From Treponemataceae bacterium (lineage in GTDB: Bacteria; Spirochaetota; Spirochaetia; Treponematales; Rectinemataceae), in assembly GCA_963678065.2 (NCBI GenBank), contig CAXXVZ010000003.1, forward strand, positions 1,664,001 to 1,728,000: a stretch of DNA of 64,000 nt. Direction: 5' to 3'. The position numbers were made by a program, and so were the translations under genes. Within the stretch, counting starts at the first letter, position 1; each line of letters starts with the position of its first letter. The notes beneath the pieces are model-generated. The model saw only the letters and a program-made list of their open reading frames with translations. It was not told the DNA's origin and ran no database searches. This document shows positions 1 through 9,160 of this stretch, in pieces.

Positions 1-151
1 TCGCCCTGGCGATGCCGCCGCGCTTCTCGGCCCCGTAGAAGGGGAAGAAGGTCACCTGGAGCCCCTCCTTCATGCCGCAGTACACCCAAAGCTGGCCCAA
101 AGAGATGATGCCCTGGCCGCCGAAGCCGGCCATGAATGTCTTTTCAGTCAT
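1..151 (-). CDS. 2-oxoacid:ferredoxin oxidoreductase gamma subunit, 5' part (runs off window edge)
   Basis: Manual translation MTEKTFMAGFGGQGIISLGQLWVYCGMKEGLQVTFFPFYGAEKRGGIARA has the GxGGQG and YGAExRGG gamma-subunit motifs; ATGA overlap with the beta-subunit stop. Confidence 0.9.
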   Translation of the reverse strand, partial: MTEKTFMAGFGGQGIISLGQLWVYCGMKEGLQVTFFPFYGAEKRGGIARA

Positions 152-999
152 TTCGCCGCCTCCTTCATGGGTTGAAGAGGCGATGCCTCCCTCGTGGCTT
201 GAGGAGGCGATGCCTCCCCCGCGGGCGCTGCCCCGACGCTGCCGGAAGGACTGTCCTCCAGAGTGTTCTTGATCTCGCCGAGGGGGTAGAAGGGAATCAT
301 GTTGTCCTCGAGCCACTTCACGGACTCGACGGGCTTCATCGCCCAGTTCGTGGGGCATTGGGAGAGGATTTCCACCATCGTGAAGCCTTCGCCGCGCATC
401 TGGGCCTCGAAGGCCTTCCGGATGTAGCCCTTCGTCTTGCGGACGTTCGCCGGGTTGTTGACCGATCCGCGGGCGAGGTACTTCGTCCCGCCGAGGGTCG
501 CGAGCATCTCGCACACTCTGATGGGATAGCCCATGCCGCCCTCGACCGCGTTGCGGCCGTTCGGGGCTGTGGTGGCCTTCTGCCCGATGAGGGTCGTGGG
601 AGCCATCTGGCCGCCCGTCATTCCGTAGATGGCGTTGTTGACAAAGATGGTGGTGAACTTCTCGCCGCGGTTGGCCGCGTGGATGATCTCGGCCGTGCCG
701 ATGGCGGCGAGATCGCCGTCGCCCTGGTAACAGATCACCAGGTGGTCGGGAAGCATGCGCTTCACGCCGGTGGCCGCGGCGGGCGTGCGCCCATGGGCGG
801 GCTGGACGGAGTCGAAGTCGAAGTAGATGTCCGCCCAGATCGAGCATCCGACGGGGTTGGTGATGATCGACCTCGCCTGGAGGCCGAGCTCGTCGATGAC
901 TTCCGCGATGAGTCTGTGGATGACTCCGTGGCCGCATCCCGGGCAATACTTTGTCTGGATGGGCTTGAGACTCACGGGATGGCCGAATACTGCTTCCAT
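148..999 (-). CDS. 2-oxoacid:ferredoxin oxidoreductase beta subunit (TPP-binding, Vor-type)
   Basis: YCPGCGHG, GDGD TPP motif, NNAIYGMTGGQMAPTT, CPTNW. Confidence 0.93.
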   Translation of the reverse strand: MEAVFGHPVSLKPIQTKYCPGCGHGVIHRLIAEVIDELGLQARSIITNPVGCSIWADIYFDFDSVQPAHGRTPAAATGVKRMLPDHLVICYQGDGDLAAIGTAEIIHAANRGEKFTTIFVNNAIYGMTGGQMAPTTLIGQKATTAPNGRNAVEGGMGYPIRVCEMLATLGGTKYLARGSVNNPANVRKTKGYIRKAFEAQMRGEGFTMVEILSQCPTNWAMKPVESVKWLEDNMIPFYPLGEIKNTLEDSPSGSVGAAPAGEASPPQATREASPLQPMKEAAK

Positions 1000-1014
1000 G
1001 CTTGTCTCCTTGTC

Positions 1015-2082
1015 TCAGGCGCCCAGAAGCCGGAGGGCCTCGGCGAGGACCTCTTCTTCGCTGGGGATGATGCCGCCGCAGCGGCCGTAGAAATCGACCT
1101 TCGCCGCGCCGTTGGCCGCCAACCTGACATCCTCGACCATCTGCCCCATGCTCATCTCGACGCAGAGAAAGCGCTTTCCGGCCTGCGCGAGCTCGGCGAG
1201 GCGCCTGTCGGGGAAGGGCCACAGAGTGACGGGGCGGAAGAGTCCGATCTCGATGCCCAGCTTTTTCGCGGCGAGGATGGCCCCCCAGCAGATCCGCGCG
1301 GAGGAGCCGTAGGCGACGAAAACGAGTTCGGCATTCTCGGTATTGGTCTCCCTGAAGCTGAGGATCTTCTCCTTAACCTGCGCGTAGCGGGCGAATCGCG
1401 CGATGTTCATGAGTTCGAGCTCTTCCGGGACGAGGTTCATGGACGAGACGTGATTGTTCGGGCGGCCAGTTTCAGCCTGGTGCCCGACAGCCCAGGGTTT
1501 GACGGGCAAGGAGGAAAGCTCGCGTTTTTTGGGGAGGACGACGCCCTCCATCATCTGCCCGATGAGACCATCCGCGAGGAGGAGTGTGGGGATGCGCCAC
1601 TCGTCCGCGAGGTCGAAGGCTTCGTAGGTGAGGTCCGCCGCTTCCTGAACGTCCTTGGGCGCGAGGACGATGGTGTGGTAGTCCCCGTGTCCCCCTCCCC
1701 GTGTGGACTGGAAATAGTCGCCCTGCGAGGGCGAAATGCCGCCGAGGCCGGGGCCGGAGCGGGAGATGTTGACGATGACGCAGGGCAGGTCGGCGCCACA
1801 GGCGTAGGAGATGCCCTCCTGCTTGAGGGCGATGCCCGGGCTCGAGGAGCTCGTCATGGCCCTCGCCCCCGTGGAGGCCGCGCCGTAGACCATGTTGATG
1901 GCCGCGACCTCGCTCTCGGCCTGGATGAAAGTTCTGTGGTGGGCGGGCATATGTCTCGCCATGTAGGCGGTGAGTTCGTTCTGCGGAGTGATAGGGTACC
2001 CGAAATACGCCTTGCAGCCGGCCCTGATGGCGGCCTCGGCGATGGCTTCGTTTCCCTTCATCAGGAGTTTTTCTTCAGCCAT
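1015..2082 (-). CDS. 2-oxoacid:ferredoxin oxidoreductase alpha subunit (2-ketoisovalerate/Vor-type)
   Basis: MKGNEAIAEAA, GYPITPQ, QAESEVAAINMVYGA, TSSSSPG; ATG 2082 with upstream AAGGAG. Confidence 0.93.
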   Translation of the reverse strand: MAEEKLLMKGNEAIAEAAIRAGCKAYFGYPITPQNELTAYMARHMPAHHRTFIQAESEVAAINMVYGAASTGARAMTSSSSPGIALKQEGISYACGADLPCVIVNISRSGPGLGGISPSQGDYFQSTRGGGHGDYHTIVLAPKDVQEAADLTYEAFDLADEWRIPTLLLADGLIGQMMEGVVLPKKRELSSLPVKPWAVGHQAETGRPNNHVSSMNLVPEELELMNIARFARYAQVKEKILSFRETNTENAELVFVAYGSSARICWGAILAAKKLGIEIGLFRPVTLWPFPDRRLAELAQAGKRFLCVEMSMGQMVEDVRLAANGAAKVDFYGRCGGIIPSEEEVLAEALRLLGA

Positions 2083-2093
2083 GTCCCTTCTCC

Positions 2094-2309
2094 TTACTGC
2101 CTGTATACGGTGATCGCGACATCGGGGCAGACCTGAAAGCAGTTGCCGCAGGCGATGCACTTGTCCTCGGCCATCAGGGTCGAAGGATAGTATCCCCAGG
2201 AATTGGGTTTCGAATCGGGCCCGAGAATCTTGACTGGACAGGCGCGGGCGCACAGGAGGCAGCCCTTGCAGCGCTCTCTGTCGATGACCGGTTTTCCCTT
2301 GTTTGCCAT
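2094..2309 (-). CDS. 2x[4Fe-4S] ferredoxin (oxidoreductase delta subunit)
   Basis: Two CxxCxxCxxxCP motifs in 71 aa, within the operon. Confidence 0.92.
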   Translation of the reverse strand: MANKGKPVIDRERCKGCLLCARACPVKILGPDSKPNSWGYYPSTLMAEDKCIACGNCFQVCPDVAITVYRQ

Positions 2310-2346
2310 TGGGTGACCTCCTCGCGATCGGACGGGGCCGATGCGG

Positions 2347-3252
2347 TCAGCGGGATGCGCTCGCCAGCGCGGCGAACGCTATCGATGCGAGTTTCGTCAG
2401 TGCGCTGTCCGCGCGGCTCGTGAGCACGACAGGTTTGGCGGGTCCCATGAGTATCCCCGCGCCCTTCGCTCCGCCCAGGTCGAGCAGACACTTGTAGAGT
2501 ATGTTGCCGGCCTCTATGTCCGGGGCGACGAGGATGTCCGCGTCGCCGGCCACTTCGGATTCGATTCTCTTGATGCGCGCGCTCTCGGCGCTGACCGCGT
2601 TGTCCAGAGCCAGCGGTCCGTCGACGATACAGTTCTTCACCTGCCCGCGGCGGTTCATCTGGGTTATGACGGCTGCGTCCACCGTGCAGGGCATCCGCGC
2701 GGCGTTCACCTTCTCGATCGCGGCGAGCAAAGCCACCTTGGGCAACGTGACTCCGAGGGCCCTGGCCGCGATGACGGCGTTGGCTATGATGTCGAGTTTG
2801 GCATTCAGGTCCGGATCGATGTTGATGGCCGCGTCCGTCACGAAGAGAAGTTTGTGGTAGCTCGGAACTTCCATGACCGCGACGTGGCTCACGAGGCGCC
2901 CCGTGTTGAGGCCTGTCTCCTTGTCCAGGACGGCCTTGAGGAGGACGGATGTGTCGACGAGGCCCTTCATGAGCATGTCCGCTTTCCCTTCCACGACGAG
3001 TCGCACGCCAAAGACCGCAGCCCTGACAGGATTGGGCTCCGCGAGGATTTCGAAGGGAGAGATGTCGAGCCCGGCCCTCGCGGCGATCGCGCGGATCTTG
3101 TCCGGATCACCTATGAGGATGGGGCGGGCGAGCCCCGCGGCGTAGGCTTCCGTCACAGCCTCGAGAACGGAGGCCTCCTCGGCCGCAACGAGGGCGATCC
3201 TGGCCATTCCCGACTGGCGCGCGGCGGCGATGAGGTCGTCGATAGTCTTCAT
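2347..3252 (-). CDS. ptb: Phosphate butyryltransferase / phosphate acyltransferase
   Basis: MKTIDDL start overlapping the buk stop; LMKGLVDT, DGPLALDNA, GNILYK, LTSRADS motifs. Confidence 0.9.
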   Translation of the reverse strand: MKTIDDLIAAARQSGMARIALVAAEEASVLEAVTEAYAAGLARPILIGDPDKIRAIAARAGLDISPFEILAEPNPVRAAVFGVRLVVEGKADMLMKGLVDTSVLLKAVLDKETGLNTGRLVSHVAVMEVPSYHKLLFVTDAAINIDPDLNAKLDIIANAVIAARALGVTLPKVALLAAIEKVNAARMPCTVDAAVITQMNRRGQVKNCIVDGPLALDNAVSAESARIKRIESEVAGDADILVAPDIEAGNILYKCLLDLGGAKGAGILMGPAKPVVLTSRADSALTKLASIAFAALASASR

Positions 3253-4319
3253 GCGGTGTATTCCAGAACCGCGCCGGGTTCGGAGAGGCCGAGATTGGCA
3301 GCCTCGGCCAGGGCTTCCATCTCTCCCTCGCCCGGATAGACCACGACGGGGGCGATAAATCCGCACATTGTCCGGATACCGTCCTGGACCTCCGCCCCGT
3401 AGGCGATGCCTCCGGTGAGGATGATCGCGTCGACCTGTCCGCCGACGACGGGCGCGAGGGCGCCGATGCTCTTCGCGACCTGGTAGATGAAGGCCTTGTA
3501 GTAAAGTGTCCCCTCGGGGTCCCCGGCGCGGAAGGCTTTTTCCGCCGTGCGCATATCGTTGGAGCCCATGAAGCTGACGAGGCCGCCCTGGCCAGTGATC
3601 ATCTTGAGCACCTGTTTTTCCGTGTACTGCCCGGAAAAGCAGAGCCTGGCGAGCTCGCCCGCGGGGAGTGTGCCGGAACGTTCGGGGCTGAAAGGACCTT
3701 CGCCGGAGAGAGCCTGGTTCACGTCGACGACCCTGCCTCCGCGGTGGAGTCCGACCGAGATTCCGCCGCCCATGTGGGCTACGATGACGTTGACGTCTTC
3801 GTAGCTGCGGCCGTTCTCGCGGCACCAGCGGCGCGCGACCGCCTTCTGGTTGAGGGCGTGGAATATGGATACGCGCCGGAAGAGTTTGTGCCCGGATACC
3901 CGCGCGAGATCGGAGAGTTCGTCGACGACGACAGGGTCCGCGATGAAGGCAGAAAGGTCGAGCTGGGCGGCGAGCCGGGCTGCTATCAAGGCCCCCAGAT
4001 TGGAGGCGTGTTCGCCGTATTTTGCCGCGAGAAGGTCGGCCTTCATCGCCTCGTTGACGCGGTAGACCCCGCCCGGAATGGGTTTGAGGAGGCCTCCCCT
4101 TCCGACGACTGCGGCGAGAGAGCGCATGTCGAAACCTTTGCGGTCCAGGAGCGCCTTGATCTTGTCCTCACGGAACTGGTACTGGGATGCGATGCTCGGA
4201 AAAGCGGCGAGCTCCTCCGCGGAGTGATCGACATTCTCGCTGAACAGTGCCGTATTTCCTTCGTAGACCGCGATTTTTGTCGAGGTGGAACCTGGATTGA
4301 TGACCAATACGGTGTGCAC
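3249..4319 (-). CDS. buk: Butyrate kinase
   Basis: INPGSTSTK, GRGGLL, HASNLG, HALNQKA, HMGGGIS, GPFSPERSG; GTG start with GGAGG RBS. Confidence 0.95.
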   Translation of the reverse strand: MHTVLVINPGSTSTKIAVYEGNTALFSENVDHSAEELAAFPSIASQYQFREDKIKALLDRKGFDMRSLAAVVGRGGLLKPIPGGVYRVNEAMKADLLAAKYGEHASNLGALIAARLAAQLDLSAFIADPVVVDELSDLARVSGHKLFRRVSIFHALNQKAVARRWCRENGRSYEDVNVIVAHMGGGISVGLHRGGRVVDVNQALSGEGPFSPERSGTLPAGELARLCFSGQYTEKQVLKMITGQGGLVSFMGSNDMRTAEKAFRAGDPEGTLYYKAFIYQVAKSIGALAPVVGGQVDAIILTGGIAYGAEVQDGIRTMCGFIAPVVVYPGEGEMEALAEAANLGLSEPGAVLEYTA

Positions 4320-4354
4320 GCTGTCCTCCCGGAGGGGGTGTCTGTCTCAAGGAT

Positions 4355-4382
4355 AGTATAACACTGATTTGTATCCTGGCAA
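4355..4382 (-). promoter_or_regulatory. Putative sigma70 promoter of the buk operon
   Basis: TTGCCA-16 nt-TATACT on the minus strand, just upstream of buk. Confidence 0.5.
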
Positions 4383-4446
4383 GAGGAAAATTGCAATAGT
4401 CAAAAACACGTTTTATTTATTGAAACGACACTGTGGCGACGAAGCG

Positions 4447-4476
4447 AAAAAAAGGGCTGTCCGAACGGACAACCCC
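4447..4476 (-). terminator. Intrinsic terminator of the bS22-like gene
   Basis: Minus-strand hairpin GGGTTGTCC-GTTC-GGACAGCCC followed by a T tract. Confidence 0.75.
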
Positions 4477-4497
4477 ATCTGGTCAAGCAGTACGACG

Positions 4498-4590
4498 CTA
4501 CTTCCTTGTCTTGTGACGATTTGCTCTCTTCTTCTTCTTGCGTTTGTGCGTCGCTATCTTCTTGAGCTTTCTTTTCCTTCCGCAGGGCAC
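4498..4590 (-). CDS. 30-aa basic small protein, bS22 / AURKAIP1-COX24-like ribosomal protein
   Basis: Manual translation MPCGRKRKLKKIATHKRKKKKRANRHKTRK*; AAGGAG RBS before the GTG; downstream terminator; below the ORF-track size cutoff. Confidence 0.85.
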   Translation of the reverse strand: MPCGRKRKLKKIATHKRKKKKRANRHKTRK

Positions 4591-4778
4591 TGTAGCTCTC
4601 CTTTAGTGCGAGTTGGACCGCTCACCGGGGTGACAGAGGTATCTTCCGATGATACTACACGTCAGAAAAGGAATCGTCAATAGGTCGGACCGGACGCAGG
4701 TCCATTTGCTGCGCGGTCAATCTGCCGCGCGGCCGCTCGCCGCGAGGTTGCCTGCCCCGTGGCCACTTACTGCGCGCG

Positions 4779-5651
4779 CTATTTGCCGCGCGGTGTGAAG
4801 CGGTCTATGACAATGTTGACTTCCTCGATGAGGATGCCGGTGAAGCGCTCGATGTTTTCTATGATGTATTCCTGGAGGCTGTGGACATTGGACGCGAGCT
4901 TGGTGCCGAAAGGAACCTCGAGCACGACGGTGATGCGGTATCCCTGGGTATCGCTGCGTATGCCCATGCGCCTCACGTGAACGGAGGAATCGAATTCGTC
5001 GACGCAGTGGACGACCATCTGAGAGAGGGCGGCCTCGGAGATGGATACCCTGCCGCGTTTGGCGTACTCGGGCCTGACGATGGACTTTTCGTAGATGCGC
5101 GGGGGCGCGGCGGCGGACCCGAAGCTGCGCTTCAGGAAAACGCGGACGGAATCGTAGAATATCGAGGGATAGTTTCTGCGGATCTCCAGGGCGGGAATGG
5201 GGATGACATGCTTGCCCTCGACCTTGCGCGAACGTACGGCCTTCTCGATGTCCTCGCGGCTCGCGATATCCTCGATCTTGATGATCTTGACAGGATGGGG
5301 GATCTGGAGGCGCTCGCAAATCTTTTTGGTCATGCGCTCGGAAGTGCCGATGACGAGGATCTTGCGGAATTTCTCCTTCTGGAGGGCGCGGGCGACCTCG
5401 TCGCGGTGGGCTTTGTCGTGGAAGAGGGCCGTCTTCACCGCGGCCATGTACATCTGTTCCTTCTTGGCGGAGCGCCCGGCGATGAGCTGGTCTCCCCGGA
5501 TGAGAAGGCCGTCGTCGATGATCATCTCGATGCCGTATTTCTGCGCCACGAGTTTGGCACGAAAACTCTTGCCTGTGCCGCTTTCCCCGACCAGGGCGTA
5601 GACTCGCACGCCCTTGGCCAGCCAGAACAGCTCGCTGAAGATCCTGAACAT
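4779..5651 (-). CDS. P-loop protein with C-terminal Asp23/Gls24-like domain
   Basis: Walker A GESGTGKS, IIDDGLLI; C-terminus GRVSISE...IERFTGILIEEVNIVID resembles Asp23. Confidence 0.75.
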   Translation of the reverse strand: MFRIFSELFWLAKGVRVYALVGESGTGKSFRAKLVAQKYGIEMIIDDGLLIRGDQLIAGRSAKKEQMYMAAVKTALFHDKAHRDEVARALQKEKFRKILVIGTSERMTKKICERLQIPHPVKIIKIEDIASREDIEKAVRSRKVEGKHVIPIPALEIRRNYPSIFYDSVRVFLKRSFGSAAAPPRIYEKSIVRPEYAKRGRVSISEAALSQMVVHCVDEFDSSVHVRRMGIRSDTQGYRITVVLEVPFGTKLASNVHSLQEYIIENIERFTGILIEEVNIVIDRFTPRGK

Positions 5652-5661
5652 TGGATTCCAA

Positions 5662-6951
5662 CTATAGAGGTCGGTCAGGAGCGGAGTAAAGGGCTTTGCG
5701 CGTCCCGGAAGAGATGGCCTTGGCGGCCATCCTGGCCGCAGCTTCCCTGGCTGCGGTCTCACGGTCCGTGACTTCAGCGGTGCCGGAGTTCCCGGATGAC
5801 GACGCGCCGGTCGCTGCGACCTCGGCAGTCGCGGCGCCTGCCATGAGCCCGAGATCGTGCTCGAGGCTCGGGGTAAAGAGCCCCGTTCCGCGCGCGGCGA
5901 AAACCTCAGGTACCTTCCAGAAGCGGCCTGTCTCGACCTCCACTCCGTCCGGGAAAAGTTCGCCCGAGTAGGTCGTGACGAAAACATGCACGAGTTCGGA
6001 TTCGGCAGGAGTGTCGATGCGGTAACGGAAGGCCGGCTCGATCTTCCCGCCGGCCGCCTCGATGGCCATCGTCGTCACACCCAGCTCTTCGCGCAGTTCC
6101 CGGCCGAGAGCCGCCTCAAGGGTTTCGCCCCAGGCGATGTGGCCCGCCACCGCGGTGTCCCACTTGCCCGGCTCGGTGTCCTTCGTTGTGGCGCGTTTCT
6201 GAAGGTAGATGCCGCCCTTTCCGTCCAGGATGTGGAGATGGACGACGGGGTGGAGCCTGCCGGGAGTTTTGTGACATTCGGAGCGCGGGAGCTTGCCGAC
6301 GATCTTTCCTTCGTCGTCGACGATGGGAAGCATCTCGACGGATACTCCGGCAGGAATTTCATCGCGACCGAGGCCTGTTTTGCCGCGCCTGAGGCGGGGC
6401 AGCCATCGGGCGCGCGCGAACTGCCAGAGGACGACCGCCCCGAAAAGGATGTAGAGAAGCCCTCCCGATACGAAGCCCCAGGCGGCCGTGGACCACCAGA
6501 TCGCTGCGGCGAGGGTGAGAAGGGTGTGGACGACGAGAACGCCCACCATGATCGCGAGGCTCCTGCGCATGGCGGGCATGGACTCGTCGCCGAAACGCAG
6601 GCCCTTCAGCTGGTTCTCCATGTACTTCTTGAGGTACTCAGGCGGCAGGAAGAGGGCCAGGCCGAGGGCTCCGCCCATGACGGCCTCGATGATGACCGGC
6701 TTCAGCTTGAAGAAGATTTCGTCGTGCAGGGCGAGGGAGAGAGCCCCCGCGATGCCGAGGAAGGCGGTGTCGACGATAACGAAGGGATCGATCCTCTTTT
6801 CCCGGATGAGGACGTAGAGGAACTCTCCCCCTCCCATGACAAGTCCCGCCGCGAGTCCGGCCGCTTCCCCGAAAAGCGATTCGACGGCCACGAAGACAAT
6901 GAGAGGCAGGAAGCTGGGGAGCAGGGCTTTGAGAACGGTGCGTAGATCCAC
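5662..6951 (-). CDS. IspZ/YciB-like membrane domain fused to a NUDIX (IDI-like) hydrolase
   Basis: Several hydrophobic helices with 'HDEIFFKLKPVI'; NUDIX box GHIAWGETLEAALGRELREELGV; GTG start assumed. Confidence 0.75.
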   Translation of the reverse strand: MDLRTVLKALLPSFLPLIVFVAVESLFGEAAGLAAGLVMGGGEFLYVLIREKRIDPFVIVDTAFLGIAGALSLALHDEIFFKLKPVIIEAVMGGALGLALFLPPEYLKKYMENQLKGLRFGDESMPAMRRSLAIMVGVLVVHTLLTLAAAIWWSTAAWGFVSGGLLYILFGAVVLWQFARARWLPRLRRGKTGLGRDEIPAGVSVEMLPIVDDEGKIVGKLPRSECHKTPGRLHPVVHLHILDGKGGIYLQKRATTKDTEPGKWDTAVAGHIAWGETLEAALGRELREELGVTTMAIEAAGGKIEPAFRYRIDTPAESELVHVFVTTYSGELFPDGVEVETGRFWKVPEVFAARGTGLFTPSLEHDLGLMAGAATAEVAATGASSSGNSGTAEVTDRETAAREAAARMAAKAISSGTRKALYSAPDRPL

Positions 6952-7038
6952 AGCAATACGATAGTGATTTGCGCGGCGGGGGACAAGATCGCCGGGGTGG
7001 ATTATACTGGTGGAAAATCGGCAGTCCAGGAGTACGCC

Positions 7039-9009
7039 ATGTCCCTCATCGTGAATCCCGCCACGGGTCTCGCAGTCGGAGACCCGGACATAACGCCCCT
7101 CACCGAAAAGAATCTCCCTCCTCCTCAGGCGGTCCGGGAAGCCTCCGGCAGCCTCATTCTGTCCGCCTCGGGTTTCCGGAAGGTCTTCGCCTCGCCCGCC
7201 GCGGGAGATGAATGGGCGGCCTGGATCGGCAAAGAGGGCAGGATGCGGGAGGACTCCCTCTCTCCGCGGGTTTCCCCCGAAGATCTCGTCCTCGCGGGAG
7301 CCATGGCCATGGTATACGCCCGCTTCATCAAAGCGAAATCCGGTACGGAGAGCCCGGCCGTCCTCGTCGGCGTAGACTCGCGCCCCACCGGGCCTGCCAT
7401 CGCCGACATGATGATCCGCGTCCTCGTCGCCCTCGGTATCCGACCCCGCTATCTCTTCGTCGTCGCGGCTCCGGAGATCATGGCCCTCGACCGATATTCC
7501 TCCTCCCTGCCAGCGGGGCACGAGGAGAGGACAGAGGGATTCGTGTACATCTCGGCGAGCCACAACCCTCCCGGGCACAATGGTCTGAAGTTCGGCTCGG
7601 GCTCAGGCGGAGTCCTTTCGCCTTCGGAGATCACACCCCTCATCGCGGACTATCGGGATCTCATCGACGAGCCGGAGACAGCCCGCTCCCTGCTCGGGCT
7701 CGTGACCTGCGTCGATCCGCGCGTGATCGCCCGGATTTTCGTCGACATCTCGGTCTGGAAACGGAGGGCCGTCTCCGCCTACACCCTCCTTGCGCGGGAA
7801 ATCGTCACCGGGCTCGCGGATCGGGAGGAACAGGAGGCCCTCTTCGAGGACATGACTCCCGCCGAGGCTGAATCCACCGGCGGGGTCGTCGCGGAGCTCA
7901 ACGGCTCGGCGCGCAGCCTGTCGATCGACTCGGACTTTCTCCGGGGCATGGGCGTCAAGGTCAAAGCCGTCAACGATGAACCCGGCTACTTCGTTCACAG
8001 GATCGTGCCCGAAGGCGAATCCCTCGACGACTGTGTGCGGGAACTCGAAGCCGCCCACGAACTCGACCCCTCCTTCATCCTCGGCTACACGCCTGACTGC
8101 GATGGCGACCGCGGGAACCTCGTGTGGTACGATGCCGCGGATGGCTTCGCAAAAATCCTGGAAGCCCAGCAGGTTTTCGCGCTCTGCTGCGTCGCCGAGC
8201 TCGCGTGTCTCCACAGAAACGCGGCCATCGCCGGAACTCCGGCCCCGAGGGCAGCCATCGCGGTGAACGACGCCACCTCCATGCGGATCGAGGCTATAGC
8301 CCGGAGCTTCGGTGCCCGGGTCTTCAGAGCCGAAACCGGCGAGGCGAACGTAGTCGGCCTCGCGTCTTCCCTCCGGGACGAAGGATACGAGGTCCGCATC
8401 CTCGGCGAGGGGTCCAATGGCGGCAACATCACCCATCCCTCGAGGGTGCGCGATCCGCTCGCGACCCTCGGCGCCGTCCTCAAACTCCTCGCCCTCAGGG
8501 ATTCCGAGTCGGCCGACGGACTCTACCACACATGGATGCGCCTCTCCGGACAGGAATCCGATTACGGGGAATCCTTCACCCTGGGCGATATCATCGCTTC
8601 GCTGCCGGCTTTCGCGACGACGAGCGTCTTCGAGAGCCGCGCCGCCCTCAAAATCCGGTCCTTCGACAAGACGGCGCTCAAGACTCGCTATCGGGATGTC
8701 TTCCTGTCCGGATGGGAGAAACGGAAAAACGAGCTTCGCAGCCGCTACGGCATAGCGTCATGGAAGGCACTCGCGTCCAACGGAACAAGGGAACGAGAAG
8801 TCGGACAGGACTTCGCCGCCTCGGGCTCGGGCGGACTCAGGATCGTCTTCTCGGACGGGGACGGAGCGCCGAAGACCATGATCTGGATGCGCGGATCAGG
8901 CACGGAGCCGGTATTCCGCATCCTCGCCGATGTCGCCGGCGGGAGGGCGGTGGACGAGGAATACTTCCTCTCCTGGCATCGCTCCATGGTCGAAGAGGCG
9001 GACAGATGA
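7039..9009 (+). CDS. Alpha-D-phosphohexomutase (phosphoglucomutase/phosphomannomutase-like)
   Basis: Phosphoserine motif SASHNPP, metal loop DCDGDR, C-terminal RGSGTEP; AGGAG RBS. Confidence 0.88.
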   Translation: MSLIVNPATGLAVGDPDITPLTEKNLPPPQAVREASGSLILSASGFRKVFASPAAGDEWAAWIGKEGRMREDSLSPRVSPEDLVLAGAMAMVYARFIKAKSGTESPAVLVGVDSRPTGPAIADMMIRVLVALGIRPRYLFVVAAPEIMALDRYSSSLPAGHEERTEGFVYISASHNPPGHNGLKFGSGSGGVLSPSEITPLIADYRDLIDEPETARSLLGLVTCVDPRVIARIFVDISVWKRRAVSAYTLLAREIVTGLADREEQEALFEDMTPAEAESTGGVVAELNGSARSLSIDSDFLRGMGVKVKAVNDEPGYFVHRIVPEGESLDDCVRELEAAHELDPSFILGYTPDCDGDRGNLVWYDAADGFAKILEAQQVFALCCVAELACLHRNAAIAGTPAPRAAIAVNDATSMRIEAIARSFGARVFRAETGEANVVGLASSLRDEGYEVRILGEGSNGGNITHPSRVRDPLATLGAVLKLLALRDSESADGLYHTWMRLSGQESDYGESFTLGDIIASLPAFATTSVFESRAALKIRSFDKTALKTRYRDVFLSGWEKRKNELRSRYGIASWKALASNGTREREVGQDFAASGSGGLRIVFSDGDGAPKTMIWMRGSGTEPVFRILADVAGGRAVDEEYFLSWHRSMVEEADR

Positions 9010-9160
9010 GCGCCGGGCCTGCGGGAGAGCGGCGCCGCGTGACAGCGGCTCCTCCGGCAGAGAAGTCCCGGCGGGGCCGGAGCGTGGCACCGGCGGGACG
9101 GATCTCTTGATCGAAGCAGAAATTCTCGGATAGTATTGGAATCCAGCGCAAGGAGCATCA

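Noticed and set aside
136..2136. Long alternative-frame and antisense ORFs (e.g. 136-2136 +, 46189-48381 -, 60087-61880 -)
   Set aside because: Shadow ORFs of real genes, expected in GC-rich DNA with strong codon bias; no recognisable motifs
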